Positions 36,157-47,500 of a DNA stretch of 47,607 bases are shown here, in pieces (positions within the stretch are counted from its first letter, which is position 1; each line of letters begins with the position of its first letter). The translations under genes were made by a program, and so were the position numbers. Below the pieces are notes generated by a model. The model had not been told where the DNA came from, ran no database searches, and was given only the letters and a program-made list of their open reading frames with translations. The stretch spans positions 1 through 47,607 of the forward strand of contig NIVC01000071.1 in NCBI GenBank assembly GCA_002269645.1, written 5' to 3'. The stretch comes from Macrostomum lignano. Its lineage: Eukaryota.

Positions 36157-38151
36157 CTAACAGGTGAAAACTACCCTGTCTAACAGGTGAAAACTACCCT
36201 GTCTAACAGGTGAAAACTACCCTGTCTAACATGTGAAAACTACCCTGTCTAACAGGTGAAAACTACCCTGTCTAACAGGTGAAAACTACCCTGTCTAACA
36301 GGTGAAAACTACTCTGTCTAACAGGTGAAAACTACCCTGTCTAACAGGTGAAAACTACCCTGTCTAACAGGTGAAAACTACCCTGTCTAACAGGTGAAAA
36401 CTACCCTGTCTAACAGGTGAAACTACCCTGTCTAACAGGTGAAAACTACCCTGTCTAACATGTGAAAACTACCCTGTCTAACAGGTGAAAACTACCCTGT
36501 CTAACAGGTGAAAACTACCCTGTCTAACAGGTGAAACTACCCTGTCTAACAGGTGAAAACTACCCTGTCTAACAGGTGAAAAATACTCTGTCTAACAGGT
36601 GAAAACTACCCTGTCTAACAGGTGAAAAATACTCTGTCTAACAGGTGAAAAATACTCTGTCTAACAGGTGAAAACTACCCTGTCTAACAGGTGAAAAATA
36701 CTCTGTCTAACAGGTGAAAACTACCCTGTCTAACAGGTGAAAAATACTCTGTCTAACAGGTGAAAACTACCCTGTCTAACAGGTGAAAACTACCCTGTCT
36801 AACAGGTGAAAACTACCCTGTCTAACAGGTGAAAAATACTCTGTCTAACAGGTAAAAAAACCCTGTCTAACAGGTGAAAAATACTCTGTCTAACAGGTGA
36901 AAACTACCCTGTCTAACAGGTGAAAACTACCCTGTCTAACAGGTGAAAAATACTCTGTCTAACAGGTGAAAACTACCCTGTCTAACATGTGAAAACTACC
37001 CTGTCTAACAGGTGAAAACTACCCTGTCTAACAGGTGAAAACTACCCTGTCTAACAGGTGAAAACTACTCTGTCTAACAGGTGAAAACTACCCTGTCTAA
37101 CAGGTGAAAACTACCCTGTCTAACAGGTGAAAACTACCCTGTCTAACATGTGAAAACTACCCTGTCTAACAGGTGAAAACTACCCTGTCTAACAGGTGAA
37201 ACTACCCTGTCTAACAGGTGAAAACTACCCTGTCTAACATGTGAAAACTACCCTGTCTAACAGGTGAAAACTACCCTGTCTAACAGGTGAAAACTACCCT
37301 GTCTAACAGGTGAAAACTACTCTGTCTAACAGGTGAAAACTACCCTGTCTAACAGGTGAAAACTACCCTGTCTAACAGGTGAAAACTACCCTGTCTAACA
37401 GGTGAAAACTACCCTGTCTAACAGGTGAAAACTACCCTGTCTAACAGGTGAAACTACCCTGTCTAACAGGTGAAAACTACCCTGTCTAACAGGTGAAAAA
37501 TACTCTGTCTAACAGGTGAAAACTACCCTGTCTAACAGGTGAAAAATACTCTGTCTAACAGGTGAAAAATACTCTGTCTAACAGGTGAAAACTACCCTGT
37601 CTAACAGGTGAAAAATACTCTGTCTAACAGGTGAAAACTACCCTGTCTAACAGGTGAAAAATACTCTGTCTAACAGGTGAAAACTACCCTGTCTAACAGG
37701 TGAAAACTACCCTGTCTAACAGGTGAAAACTACCCTGTCTAACAGGTGAAAAATACTCTGTCTAACAGGTGAAAACTACCCTGTCTAACAGGTGAAAACT
37801 ACTCTGTCTAACAGATGAAAACTACCCTGTCTAACAGGTGAAAAATACTCTGTCTAACAGGTGAAAACTACCCTGTCTAACAGGTGAAAAATACTCTGTC
37901 TAACAGGTGAAAACTACCCTGTCTAACAGGTGAAAACTACCCTGTCTAACAGGTGAAAACTACCCTGTCTAACAGGTGAAAAATACTCTGTCTAACAGGT
38001 GAAAACTACCCTGTCTAACAGGTGAAAACTACCCTGTCTAACAGGTGAAAACTACCCTGTCTAACAGGTGAAAAATACTCTGTCTAACAGGTGAAAACTA
38101 CCCTGTCTAACAGGTGAAAACTACCCTGTCTAACAGGTAAAAACTACCCTG
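36157..38151. repeat. Intronic 23-bp minisatellite (ctaacaggtgaaaactaccctgt, variant ...aaaatactctgt), ~87 copies
   Basis: Directly visible periodicity. Confidence 0.98.
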
Positions 38152-38796
38152 GCAAACAAGCAAACTAGCATCACTGCATTGCAGAACTTCGTACGTTAGA
38201 GCATATTTCTGACTGTAAAGGTAAAATTAATTTCCTAAGTTGTTTTGTCAAATTAGTGAAATGAGTTTAAAAACCCCCTTATGAAGATAAGCTCATGCTC
38301 CCATAGTTATAACATGCCAGCTGCCCAAAGCGCTAATGGAAAACCATGGACTCAAGATTAGGGCGAGAATGAGAGACTGGCTGTACATTTTCATTCTCCC
38401 AGTCCCACCTCTCAACTTTTCTCTCCGTGTTTTTTGCCTTCTTCCCCAACGCTCTCCTCTACCTCTGGGGCAGCAGCAGACTGCATGGAAAACAGAATGT
38501 GTACACCTTTGCAGGTGCACTGTGGAGACTAAAAATCGATGCAATCTCATGCTCAGTCTGGAGACGAGGCGAGAGAGAATTAGGCCGGTGGGAAGGGTAA
38601 GGAAGTCAGGTAGGAGCTGTGGAGAAAATAGAAGAAACTTCAGGTGCAGTACTTAACATAAATCAATATGAGCGGCTATTCTATAAATGCTAGGTACTGT
38701 TTGTACTTTTGTGATTTCATACAGATGAACTATGAGTTGTTGAATATATTCGATCAATTTATCAAAAATTTTAGTAGAGCTTTCTAGGTTTTTTGG

Positions 38797-39140
38797 GTAC
38801 TGAAGGACCTGAAGTGACTAAGATGCTGTACTGAAGGACCTGAAGTGACTAAGATGCGGTACTGAAGGAACTGAAGTGACTAAGATGCGGTACTGAAGGA
38901 CCTGAAGCGATAAAGATGCGGTACTGAAGGACCTGAAGTGACTAAGATGCGGTACTGAAGGACCTGAAGGGACTAAGATGTGGTACTGAAGGATCTGAAG
39001 TGACTAAGATGCGGTAATGAAGGATCTGAAGCGACAAAGATGTGGTACTGAAGGACCTGAAGGGACTAAGATGCGGTACTGAAGGACCTGAAGTGACTAA
39101 GATGCTGTACTGAAGGACCTGAAGTGACTAGATGCGGCCG
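38797..39140. repeat. Intronic 31-bp minisatellite (gtactgaaggacctgaagtgactaagatgcg), ~11 copies
   Basis: Unit starts at 38798, 38829 and so on. Confidence 0.95.
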
Positions 39141-40268
39141 AAGGTACTAAAAGAAAGTTTGGTAATAACAAAATATATGTTTTCTAAATTTCAGACCGAG
39201 TTTATAGAAAATGTATTTAGCCTTCAACAATATTTTGTTTAAACTGGTGGGCGATAAAATGAACTGCGAAATTTACTAACGATTAAGAATTCCGAGGCAG
39301 TGTTTCCCTCTTGCATGGTTTTTAATTGATCCAATCAAAACGCGCAAACCTGCTCCAAAAAAAGCCAATGTGTTCCAAGCATAAATTTGCGACATTAATC
39401 GCAAGGCCGGGTTATTAAGACGCAGACCAAAAAAACTAATTAAAATTTACTCTAATGCTCGTGCTGTCCCACTGTACTCACTGCATCGCCAAAAAGCAGA
39501 GCAGAAAATGTTAAAAATGTACAGTCCCGAGATACTGAGTCAGCTCACCTCAGCATGAATCATGCGCACTCTGGGGGAGAGAGGTCGAGACCAAGGGAAA
39601 TCGCCCATGCCGGGGAGGGCCGGGGGAGGTTTGAGCTCTCACAATTCTGCTTTCCAAAAGCAGGCAAGAGAATTGTAGTTGGGCGCTTCTTGCTATTTTT
39701 AGCAACACATGAGCTCACACGGCTATTGCTGCTTTTGGCATTAGCTAATAGTGGATTTTTGTTGCTATCATAAACTTTGTTATAATATTTTGTAAGTTTT
39801 ATCTCAGCAGCTTTGAGCATGCCGACGAGACTTCAACATTTTCTCTCTTATTTTTGTTTTACAGGATTCAAATTTCCAGACTGTTACGTTGTGTGTCATT
39901 AAACTGCAAATGTACACCTAAATTTGCCGCATCAGATTGCCTCACAGACACTGGCATTGAGACTCCATTGTTAAACTACCCTCTGGCTTTTGCAGAGCCA
40001 GAGAGTTGTTTGTTGTGCCACTATGCTCAGCATTGCCTGCTAAAAATTGTGGACAGATGAAGCTGCACACTGCACAGGTTTTGCATGCCAATTGTATCTT
40101 TGAAAACCCCCTGGGGCAACTACACAGGGAAGACTTTCGGGTGCATTGCAAAACGTATTATTTTCCATGCAATTTGGACAACATTAAACCATTAATTTCG
40201 CGTGAAGGCGATCGAACCAAGGACTACATTTTTAAGGACAAATTTAGCACAATTTCCTGATAGTTTAC

Positions 40269-40323
40269 CTGTGGAATTATACCAACTAGAGATGATCAAT
40301 GAGTTGTTTAATATTTGATCCAT
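40269..40323 (-). CDS. Candidate alternative first exon C (MDQILNNSLIISSWYNST-D)
   Basis: ATG at 40323 follows an in-frame stop, and the donor G|gtaaac is in phase 1, fitting the CH1 acceptor. No motif support. Confidence 0.35.
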
Positions 40324-40445
40324 TTGTCGAGTTCATTGCTCAAAATTGGGGTCCTAGAGTTTGTTTAATTGTTTGAAGCGCTACCATTGGTGGTCCTTGG
40401 ATCGAAAATGCCAAAAGAGAATAGCAAAAAATCAATGAAACTCAC

Positions 40446-40557
40446 CGGCCACTCTGAGAACTGCTCGGTCAGCTTCATCCAGCTGCAGGATGCTGACTGG
40501 CAGATAGGTCTGAGCGAGGTCCGGATGCGCCACCCGCCCGTAGAGGTGCGAATCCAT
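40446..40557 (-). CDS. shot/MACF1/DST-like: Alternative first coding exon B (MDSHLYG...LDEADRAVLRVA-D)
   Basis: Donor G|gtgagt, phase 1. The C-terminal LDEADRAVLRVA-D matches the LDPAERAVxR(I/V)A-D motif that precedes CH1 in plectin, MACF1 and dystonin. Confidence 0.85.
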
Positions 40558-42438
40558 GTGGGTCCTCCGCTTTTGTCACCGTTCACTGCTCCAATTCAGA
40601 GGTTGCCAGAGTCAGAGGGTTGGCTGAGAGGTTAAAACCCTGCTAATTATGCTAATTAGATTGGAAACTCCCAGAGCTGGCTGACCAACGCCTATAGTCC
40701 GCGTCTCTCGGACTGCCTCAGATCAGTATCTAATGAGACTCTCAATGACTTAGTTCCGGTCAAACTAAACAACCAGCTCTCTCTGTGCCTTATCACTGGC
40801 TAATAGAGGTGTGAGTTTCCGCAACAGATTGAGTGGTCAATGCTCGCTGTTTAGTTAAGGGAGAGGGCAGGGTTTAAGATCTTAAGATCTGCACCGAGTG
40901 TAGAAAATGTAAATGAGTAATTCTCGTGCGCGTGTTCCGATATAAAACCGACAACTTTGCTCTGACAAGTTTTGATAATGTTGAAAACAAAAATTAGTAA
41001 ATTTAATTTCTCACCCAACAATAATGGTCTTGTAGACAAGTTTAAGTGGAAGATCAGGGATTTAAGAAAGACTTAGTTAAGATCTACTGTAAAATGTATT
41101 TATAGCAGTTCTCAGAAAGCTAAAGCTGTGAGCAGCTTTGGGGAGTGGACAGATTTGGGGGCCAACTTTTATATGCAACAATAGAAGCCCTCCTAGGCCA
41201 GTTCTCTCCCTCTCCCTGGTGGGAATTCAGAGTACAAGCAGACATTGTAACGACGAGTGTACGGGAGTCGAGAGTTGAGCAGGGAGGTGCAAGCTAAATA
41301 ATACCGCGGACTGGCTTCCAACCCCTCCCCAATGCGATTCCGTCCCTGTCGGGGGGCTGAATACGCCATAAAAATGGACTTTGTAGCTGCCACCCCTCCC
41401 CACTACGCAGATTATTCAGACTAGCTTTGGACAACAAAGCGAAGCAGAAATCCCCGCTGATTCCCCCGCCTCACTTCACTCGCATAGCCTGCGCCGACAG
41501 GATCGCAGCACTGATCCCTGCCCTCGGTAGAGAGAGACGGATCTATTAGCCTTTTTGACTGTCGGCTACAATCGAGGTCCTGGTGGATTTAATCGACCAG
41601 CTCGCATTGACTGTCACGGACAAAATCGTCCATATTTATGTCTATAAAGAAGGCTGAGCAAGCATTCAAATATTGTAAACTCTACTAGCAATATCCTGGG
41701 CGTCTGCTAGCTCAAAAGAAGAAGAATTAATTACTTTTTCGGCTACCCGGAGGGCTATAGCAGTTGCTAAAGTGAAATCAATTAACAATACAGTAGCTGA
41801 ATTATTGAGCAATTCACTTTAACAATTGAGATTTGGCGCATTCCCTACTGCAAATTTTACTTTAAATGTGAATTTGATGATAGATGTTAATAAAATGTAG
41901 CTTTCTCTTCTCCCAACGGCCAACATTACTCTTGTTCTTGAAAAATTCTGCACTTAGCTAATACATATCTACGTCGTACTTTAGCTTTTGACCATGGAGC
42001 AAGCAGTTAAACTCTGAATGCTTTTGGGCCTACGATATTTAAAAAAAAAATGGTTACAACTGCGGAAATATATTGCCAAAAATTTTGATGAGATTCACTT
42101 TTAGCATGTTCATGTTGCATACGAAAAACATGTAAAAGCAGTTATTGTATGCAACTGTATGCCAACGTTTTCAAATTAATTTTAAAAATTGTTTTTTTTC
42201 ATCTAAATGTAATAAGTAAATCATTAATAATGATTTAATAATGTCAGTAATAAGTAAATTCAATAAAATATTTATCAAATGTTTCGTTGTTGCTTTTGTG
42301 TGTAAATATTTATACAGACTAAAAGCAGGACCACTCGCTACTACTGCGGTCCTTGACTAAAAGCATATGTAGCAATGCGACTTAGTTACCATTGTAGACT
42401 TCCTTATCTTTAAAAAAATAAATCTGCAGCTTACTTAC

Positions 42439-42553
42439 CCTTGATCAAGTTCTGTTTAACATTTGTGATGTGGTCCTCATACAGTAAAATTTGCATACAT
42501 GTGACATGGACTTGCATACATGTGACATGGACTTGCATACATGTGACATACAT
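42439..42553 (-). CDS. shot/MACF1/DST-like: Alternative first coding exon A (MYVTCMQVHVTCMQVHVTCMQILLYEDHITNVKQNLIK-D)
   Basis: Donor G|gtaagt, phase 1. Acceptor tttttgctttctag| at 42563/42562, with a possible 62-nt UTR intron up to a donor at 42625/42624. YED...K-D resembles the YEDV...YK-D class of first exon. Confidence 0.55.
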
Positions 42554-42625
42554 GAGCTTGTCCTAGAAAGCAAAAAAGTTGAAACACGCGTTGACTCTTG
42601 AGTCATAATAACAAAAATAACTACC

Positions 42626-42908
42626 TTTCATCCCGCTTAATGTTTGCCAGCGATGCTTTTTATTATAAAATTTTAAAGTTCGAGAGTGTGCATAAATATT
42701 TTTATTCTAAAAGATATAACACAGAGTAAAGGGAGAAGTAATCTATTTTAAAATCGCATCATGTGTGATTTAATCTCATCTCATGGACACTGGTGAACTA
42801 TTTTTCTATTTAAAACCTTTTGGTCTTGATACGTCAATATTTCCGATTAAAAACTAAGCCGTAGCTAAATTGATATTTAACTTTTATTTGATCAGATCTA
42901 GCGTTATC
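42626..42908. promoter_or_regulatory. Putative bidirectional promoter between the spectraplakin 5' end and the SURF2-like gene
   Basis: Inferred only from divergent gene starts about 350 bp apart. The region is AT-rich and no specific element is claimed. Confidence 0.45.
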
Positions 42909-42971
42909 ATGGACATCATAAAACTACTCGAGAAGCCTAAGCGAAAGCACTTTGTTTTCAAGAATAATAGG
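42909..42971 (+). CDS. SURF2: SURF2-like protein, exon 1 (MDIIKLLEKPKRKHFVFKNNR)
   Basis: ATG at 42909, donor AGG|gtacgt, phase 0 matches exon 2. Length fits the short N-terminus expected before the C-x-L-T-G-H motif. Confidence 0.65.
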
Positions 42972-44557
42972 GTACGTTTGCACTTCTTTCTGTTTTGAAG
43001 TTAGATTATCTTTTCAAATGGTAGAACTGAAAACTGCCAAGAATATATCAATACGTCTCATTATCATTTTCTAAGGTTGATTTGTTAAATATAGTCTTTT
43101 AGATATCAACTAGGCTTAATTTTGCTTTTGTTTAGGCCTAGGCCTAGTCAATTCAATAAGAAAGCATGATATCATCCAGAATCAGATCCATATAACTTAC
43201 AAAATATATTAAACCTACTTATTTCGATATGTAAAAAATCCAAGGCCAAATTTCAGCCAATTCAGCTAGAACTAGACCCATTATAAATCTAAAGAAAACA
43301 TTAAATATTAGGTCTTGGGCCTAAAGATCATAGTTGGTTATCACACTAGGCAGCTAGGCCTGACACCTATGCAAGTATTCTCGTATAGATAGACTCCATA
43401 CCACCTGGCTAGTATTCATACACATAGATGGTACATAGATAGCACCTAATTAAATTAAAATATTAATTTTGCTATAATATATATGATCTCATTTTATTTT
43501 TATTTATGGGCCTATTAAAGTTAGATTAGATTGAAATCATTGCATGGAATTGGAAATTTAGATTTAGAATATTTTTTCTTGGTTTTGGGATCAGGATTTA
43601 GGAATTGGAATTGGGATCAGGTCTTTTAGAATACTATAATTTGTAGGTCCATATAGAGTTGGACAAAGTTAAATAAACAACATTAAGATCAAAAGGTAAA
43701 ACATGAGAAATTAAAATAGATAGGCTTATAATTTTTGTAACCCATTGATATTAAATTTTGATTGACCCACTGCTAAAGAGACATATTTCGTAAAATTACT
43801 ATAATCAAGTTTTTTTAATAACAGGCCCTAGCTAATCTATAAATACTAACATTTAGTCAATTATGAAATAAAAAAGATTTATTAAACTGGGCAACATTTT
43901 TAAAAAGATTAAAGAAGCTAATCTGCATATTAACAACATTATGCAATGCAAAAGTCAGTTTAAATTTCCATTGTAATCAAAACTTTCCTAATTATCAAAA
44001 TGTATCCATATTTGTAGTTAATTAATCTCCTATAACTTCCTATTTAATTTTTATTGATATTTAATTCAATAGCCACTCATTAACAAGCATATATCTAAAC
44101 TTTGCCCGCATCACTCCAACTATACAATATGCATATGGCTTAAAAATCTCTATTGCTGAGTCCCTGACTCTAAAGCTTTGAAACTGGCAATATATTTGTC
44201 CATTTCTATTGCATCTATTCCATTGGTTCTGTATCTTCCTGCAGCCATAGCTGTTGTTTTTATTAGATGGCAAATTTAGATGTATTAATTTTTGTTATAC
44301 TACAATATAAATAATTTTGCAAGTTGAATTTTGGGTTGTTCATAATATTTTTTCCTATCTGATTCCAAGCATTAGAGTGAGGCCTAAGACTGCAACATAG
44401 ATGTTTGCAATAATATGATAGTGAGTTAGATTAACTAACATTCATGTTTTGATTCTGATCCTTGAATCTTTGTTTGCATAATACTATCTATCTATTGATC
44501 AACTACAACAACTTTCTCATAAAAAAGTTTATACAAAACTTTAATTAAAACTGCCAG

Positions 44558-45213
44558 ATCCACTGCACCCTGACTGGCCACGAGCTGCCGCGCTCATCCG
44601 ATGCCCTACTGGCCTATGCCGGCGGTAAGAAGTTCGACAAAGCTCTGTCCAGATGGACCGCCAGCTGCTCCGTGCCCCAGGAGTTCCGCCGCTACCTTAT
44701 CGATGCCAGCCTGGTTGAACCGTCCAGGTCCAATGGGGCTGCTGGTGATGACGGCGACGCCCCGGCGGCCTCACAGCGGCTGTTCTGCCAGCTGACCTGC
44801 CGGTTTGTGTCGGACACGCCGGCGGATGTGGCCAGGCACACGAGCGGCAGGCGGTTCCTCGCCGCTCTGCTGGCTTATAAATCTGCCAGATCATCGGGTC
44901 AGCCGTTCGAGCCGAACACGTCGCTGTATAGAAAGTACAGCGCCAGAATGACGCTTCAAGGCTTGAAGAGGCCGGGCGAGAAGCTGCGCCCAGCTGTCAA
45001 GCCTGTCCGAGACTCAGACTCAGAAGGCGATTCCGAATCAGCTTCCGTTGATGAAGAAGAAGCTGAGGAAAATGAACCAGATGACGACAGCGATCAAGCG
45101 GACGAAGAGATGCTGGAAGAGTTGCAGCAACGTCAACCTTCACCGCCTCCATCAAAAAAGAAGAAATTAAAGCGAAAAGCAAAGCCGAGCCTACTAAACC
45201 GACTCAACAGACG
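44558..45213 (+). CDS. SURF2: SURF2-like protein, exon 2
   Basis: Acceptor ctgccag|ATC. IHCTLTGHELP...AYAGGKKF and RLFCQLTCRFVSDTPADVARHTSGRRFLAAL match the two SURF2 motifs (CxLTGHELP; LFCKLTxRHI...HxxGRRY), followed by an acidic tract and a basic NLS-like tail. Confidence 0.88.
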
Positions 45214-45305
45214 GTGAGATTCTCATTTTGCTACTGGCAGTAGAGCGTTAGTGAAATAATTTTATTTTATTCCAAAATGTATTTGTAAACTGGCTGTCTT
45301 TTCAG

Positions 45306-45375
45306 ACCGCGGCTTCTGCATCATCAAAGAAAAAGCGTAACAGTGATGAAATTTCAAGACTCTTCTTCACGATGA
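45306..45375 (+). CDS. SURF2: SURF2-like protein, last exon (reading frame uncertain)
   Basis: Donor CG|gtgaga at 45213/45214 and acceptor gtcttttcag|A at 45305/45306. The literal frame stops at TGA 45373-45375. Confidence 0.55.
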
Positions 45376-45656
45376 GGTTTTTAATCGCTACGAACTCTTC
45401 ATCTTCACTTGTCAGCTGTGTCAAAGAGAGCATTTTTATTGATTGCTTTTTGTTCAATGAAATTCATTGACATTAACTTTGAAGCTTGAGTTTGTCTGGC
45501 TTGCCGATTGTGCGTTTCGTATTATAAATATAAATTAAAGCGAAACTTGAACGTTTGAAGTCTCTGTGTTTCCTGCACTGCTGGGCAATTGAGTTAAGAA
45601 TTCCACCTTTGTTAACGTTGTTAATTTGGTTTTAAATTGAGTTTTCCATTAAGCTC

Positions 45657-46050
45657 CTCCCAGATCCTCCGTTGCGGGCCAGTCTCCCAGATCCTCAGTT
45701 GCTGGGCCAGCCTCCCAGATCCTCAGTTGCTGGGCCACCAGCCTCCCAGATCCTTAGTTGCTGGCCAGCCTCCCATATCCCAGTTGCTGTGCCAGCCTCC
45801 CAGATCCTCAGTTGCTGGGCCAGCCTCCCATATCCTCAGCTGCTGGGCCAGCCTCCCAGATCCTCAGTTGCTGGGCCACCAGCCTCCCAGATCCTCAGTT
45901 GCTATGCAGCCTCCCAGATCCCCAGTTGCTGGGCCAGCTCTAGATCCTCAGTTGCTGGGCACCAGCCTCCCAGATCCTCAGTTGCTGAGCTACTAGCCTC
46001 CCAGATCCTCAGCTGCTGGGCCAGCCTCCCAGATCCTCACTTGCTGGGAC
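45657..46050. repeat. ~28-bp minisatellite (gggccagcctcccagatcctcagttgct), block 1
   Basis: Directly visible, with 27-31 bp variant units. Confidence 0.95.
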
Positions 46051-46629
46051 GCCACCGCCAACCTGCAGTTGTAGAAGTTCCTGCTTACTGTGCTAATCGT
46101 ACTAAATTTTATTTAAGACCTGGAGTTAATATACGAGCGTAGTACGCTGGTACGAAGTAATTTGAAGCCTTGCCAACGCTTTACACCTCGTACTCGTACT
46201 AGCGAGCGTTCGTTTTGGCACTCCTGTCTGCCATTTGCGGTCCAGGTCTCCACATGCCTGCATGCTGAAATGTTTGGTAATGTGTAATCAGAGCTCTGTA
46301 CAAACACGCAGACCGTAATTTCTCAGGTTCTGGGCAGCATAGTGGAGCCGAATATTTGACTTTTGCTTGTCCGTTCGAGCGAAATAGGCTTTTATTTTAT
46401 TTCATTTCATATACGAGTCAATTAAATTTAAGCAGAGACTTTCAGACACCAGAATAAAGTGAAAATTAAACGAATTAAATTGCCTTTGCTGGTAATTAAC
46501 TTTTTAGATACTTTCATTGCGTTTTACAATGCAAATCTAAATAACCGTGCGACGAAGTTATATGACTGATAAAGTAAAACTTGGGCTTAAAACCTGTCAT
46601 CCGCACCTACAGGTTGTGCCACCGTTAGC

Positions 46630-47500
46630 TTCCCAGATTCCCAGTTGCTGGGTTCTCCCAGATCCTCAGTTGCTGGACAGCCTCCCAGATCGTCAGTTGC
46701 TGGGCCAGCCTCCCAGATCCTCAGTTGCTGGGCCAACCTCAGATCCTCAGTTGCTGGCCACCAGCCTCCCAGATCCTCAGTTGCTGGGCACCAGCTCCAG
46801 ATCCTCAGTTGCTGGGCCAGCCTCCAGATCCTCAGTTGCTGGGCCAGCCTCCCAGATCCTCAGTTGCTGGGCCAGCCTCCAGATCCTCAGTTGCTAGGCC
46901 GCCTCTCAGTCTCTTTGCTGGGCCAGCCTCCCAGATCCTCAGTTGCTAGGCCAGCCTCAGATCCTCAGTTGCTGGGCCAGCCTCCCAGATCCTCAGTTGC
47001 TGGGCCACCAGCCTCCAGATCCTCATTTGCTGGGCCAGCCTCCCAGATCCTCAGTTGCTGGGCACTCAGTGCTGAGCCAGCCTCCAGATCCTCAGTTGCT
47101 AGGCCAGCCTCCTAAGCCAGATCCTCAGTTGCTGGGACAGCCTCCAGATCCTCAGTTGCTAGGCCAGCCTCCTAAGCCAGATCCTCAGTTGCTGGGCCAG
47201 CCTCCCAGATCCTCAGTTGCTGGGCCAGCCTCCCAGATCCTCAGTTGCTAGGCCAGCCTCCTAAGCCAGATCCTCAGTTGCTGGGCCAGCCTCCTAAGCC
47301 AGATCCTCAGTTGCTAGGCCAGCCTCTAAGCCAGATCCTCAGTTGCTGGGCCAGCCTCCTAAGCCAGATCCTCAGTTGCTGGGCCAGCCTCCAGATCCTC
47401 AGTTGCTAGGCCAGCCTCCTAAGCCAGATCCTCAGTTGCTGGCCAGCTCCTAAGCCAGATCCTCAGTTGCTAGGCCAGCCCAGATCCTCAGTTGCTGGGC
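46630..47500. repeat. ~28-bp minisatellite, block 2 (same family)
   Basis: Same unit, with cctaagcc variants toward the right end. Confidence 0.95.

Noticed and set aside
38293-38550. Minus ORF with a signal-peptide-like segment (MYSQSLILALILSPWFSISALG)
   Set aside because: No usable donor before the stop and no other support.
39549-39820. 86-aa minus ORF followed by a strong donor (GAG|gtgagc at 39549) as another first exon
   Set aside because: The ORF stops before the donor. The only open frame at the donor is phase 0, incompatible with the phase-1 CH1 acceptor without extra assumptions.
45637-47251. Pro/Gln-rich ORFs in the 28-bp arrays
   Set aside because: The non-triplet unit cycles through all frames without stops. 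Indels between units are not frame-preserving.
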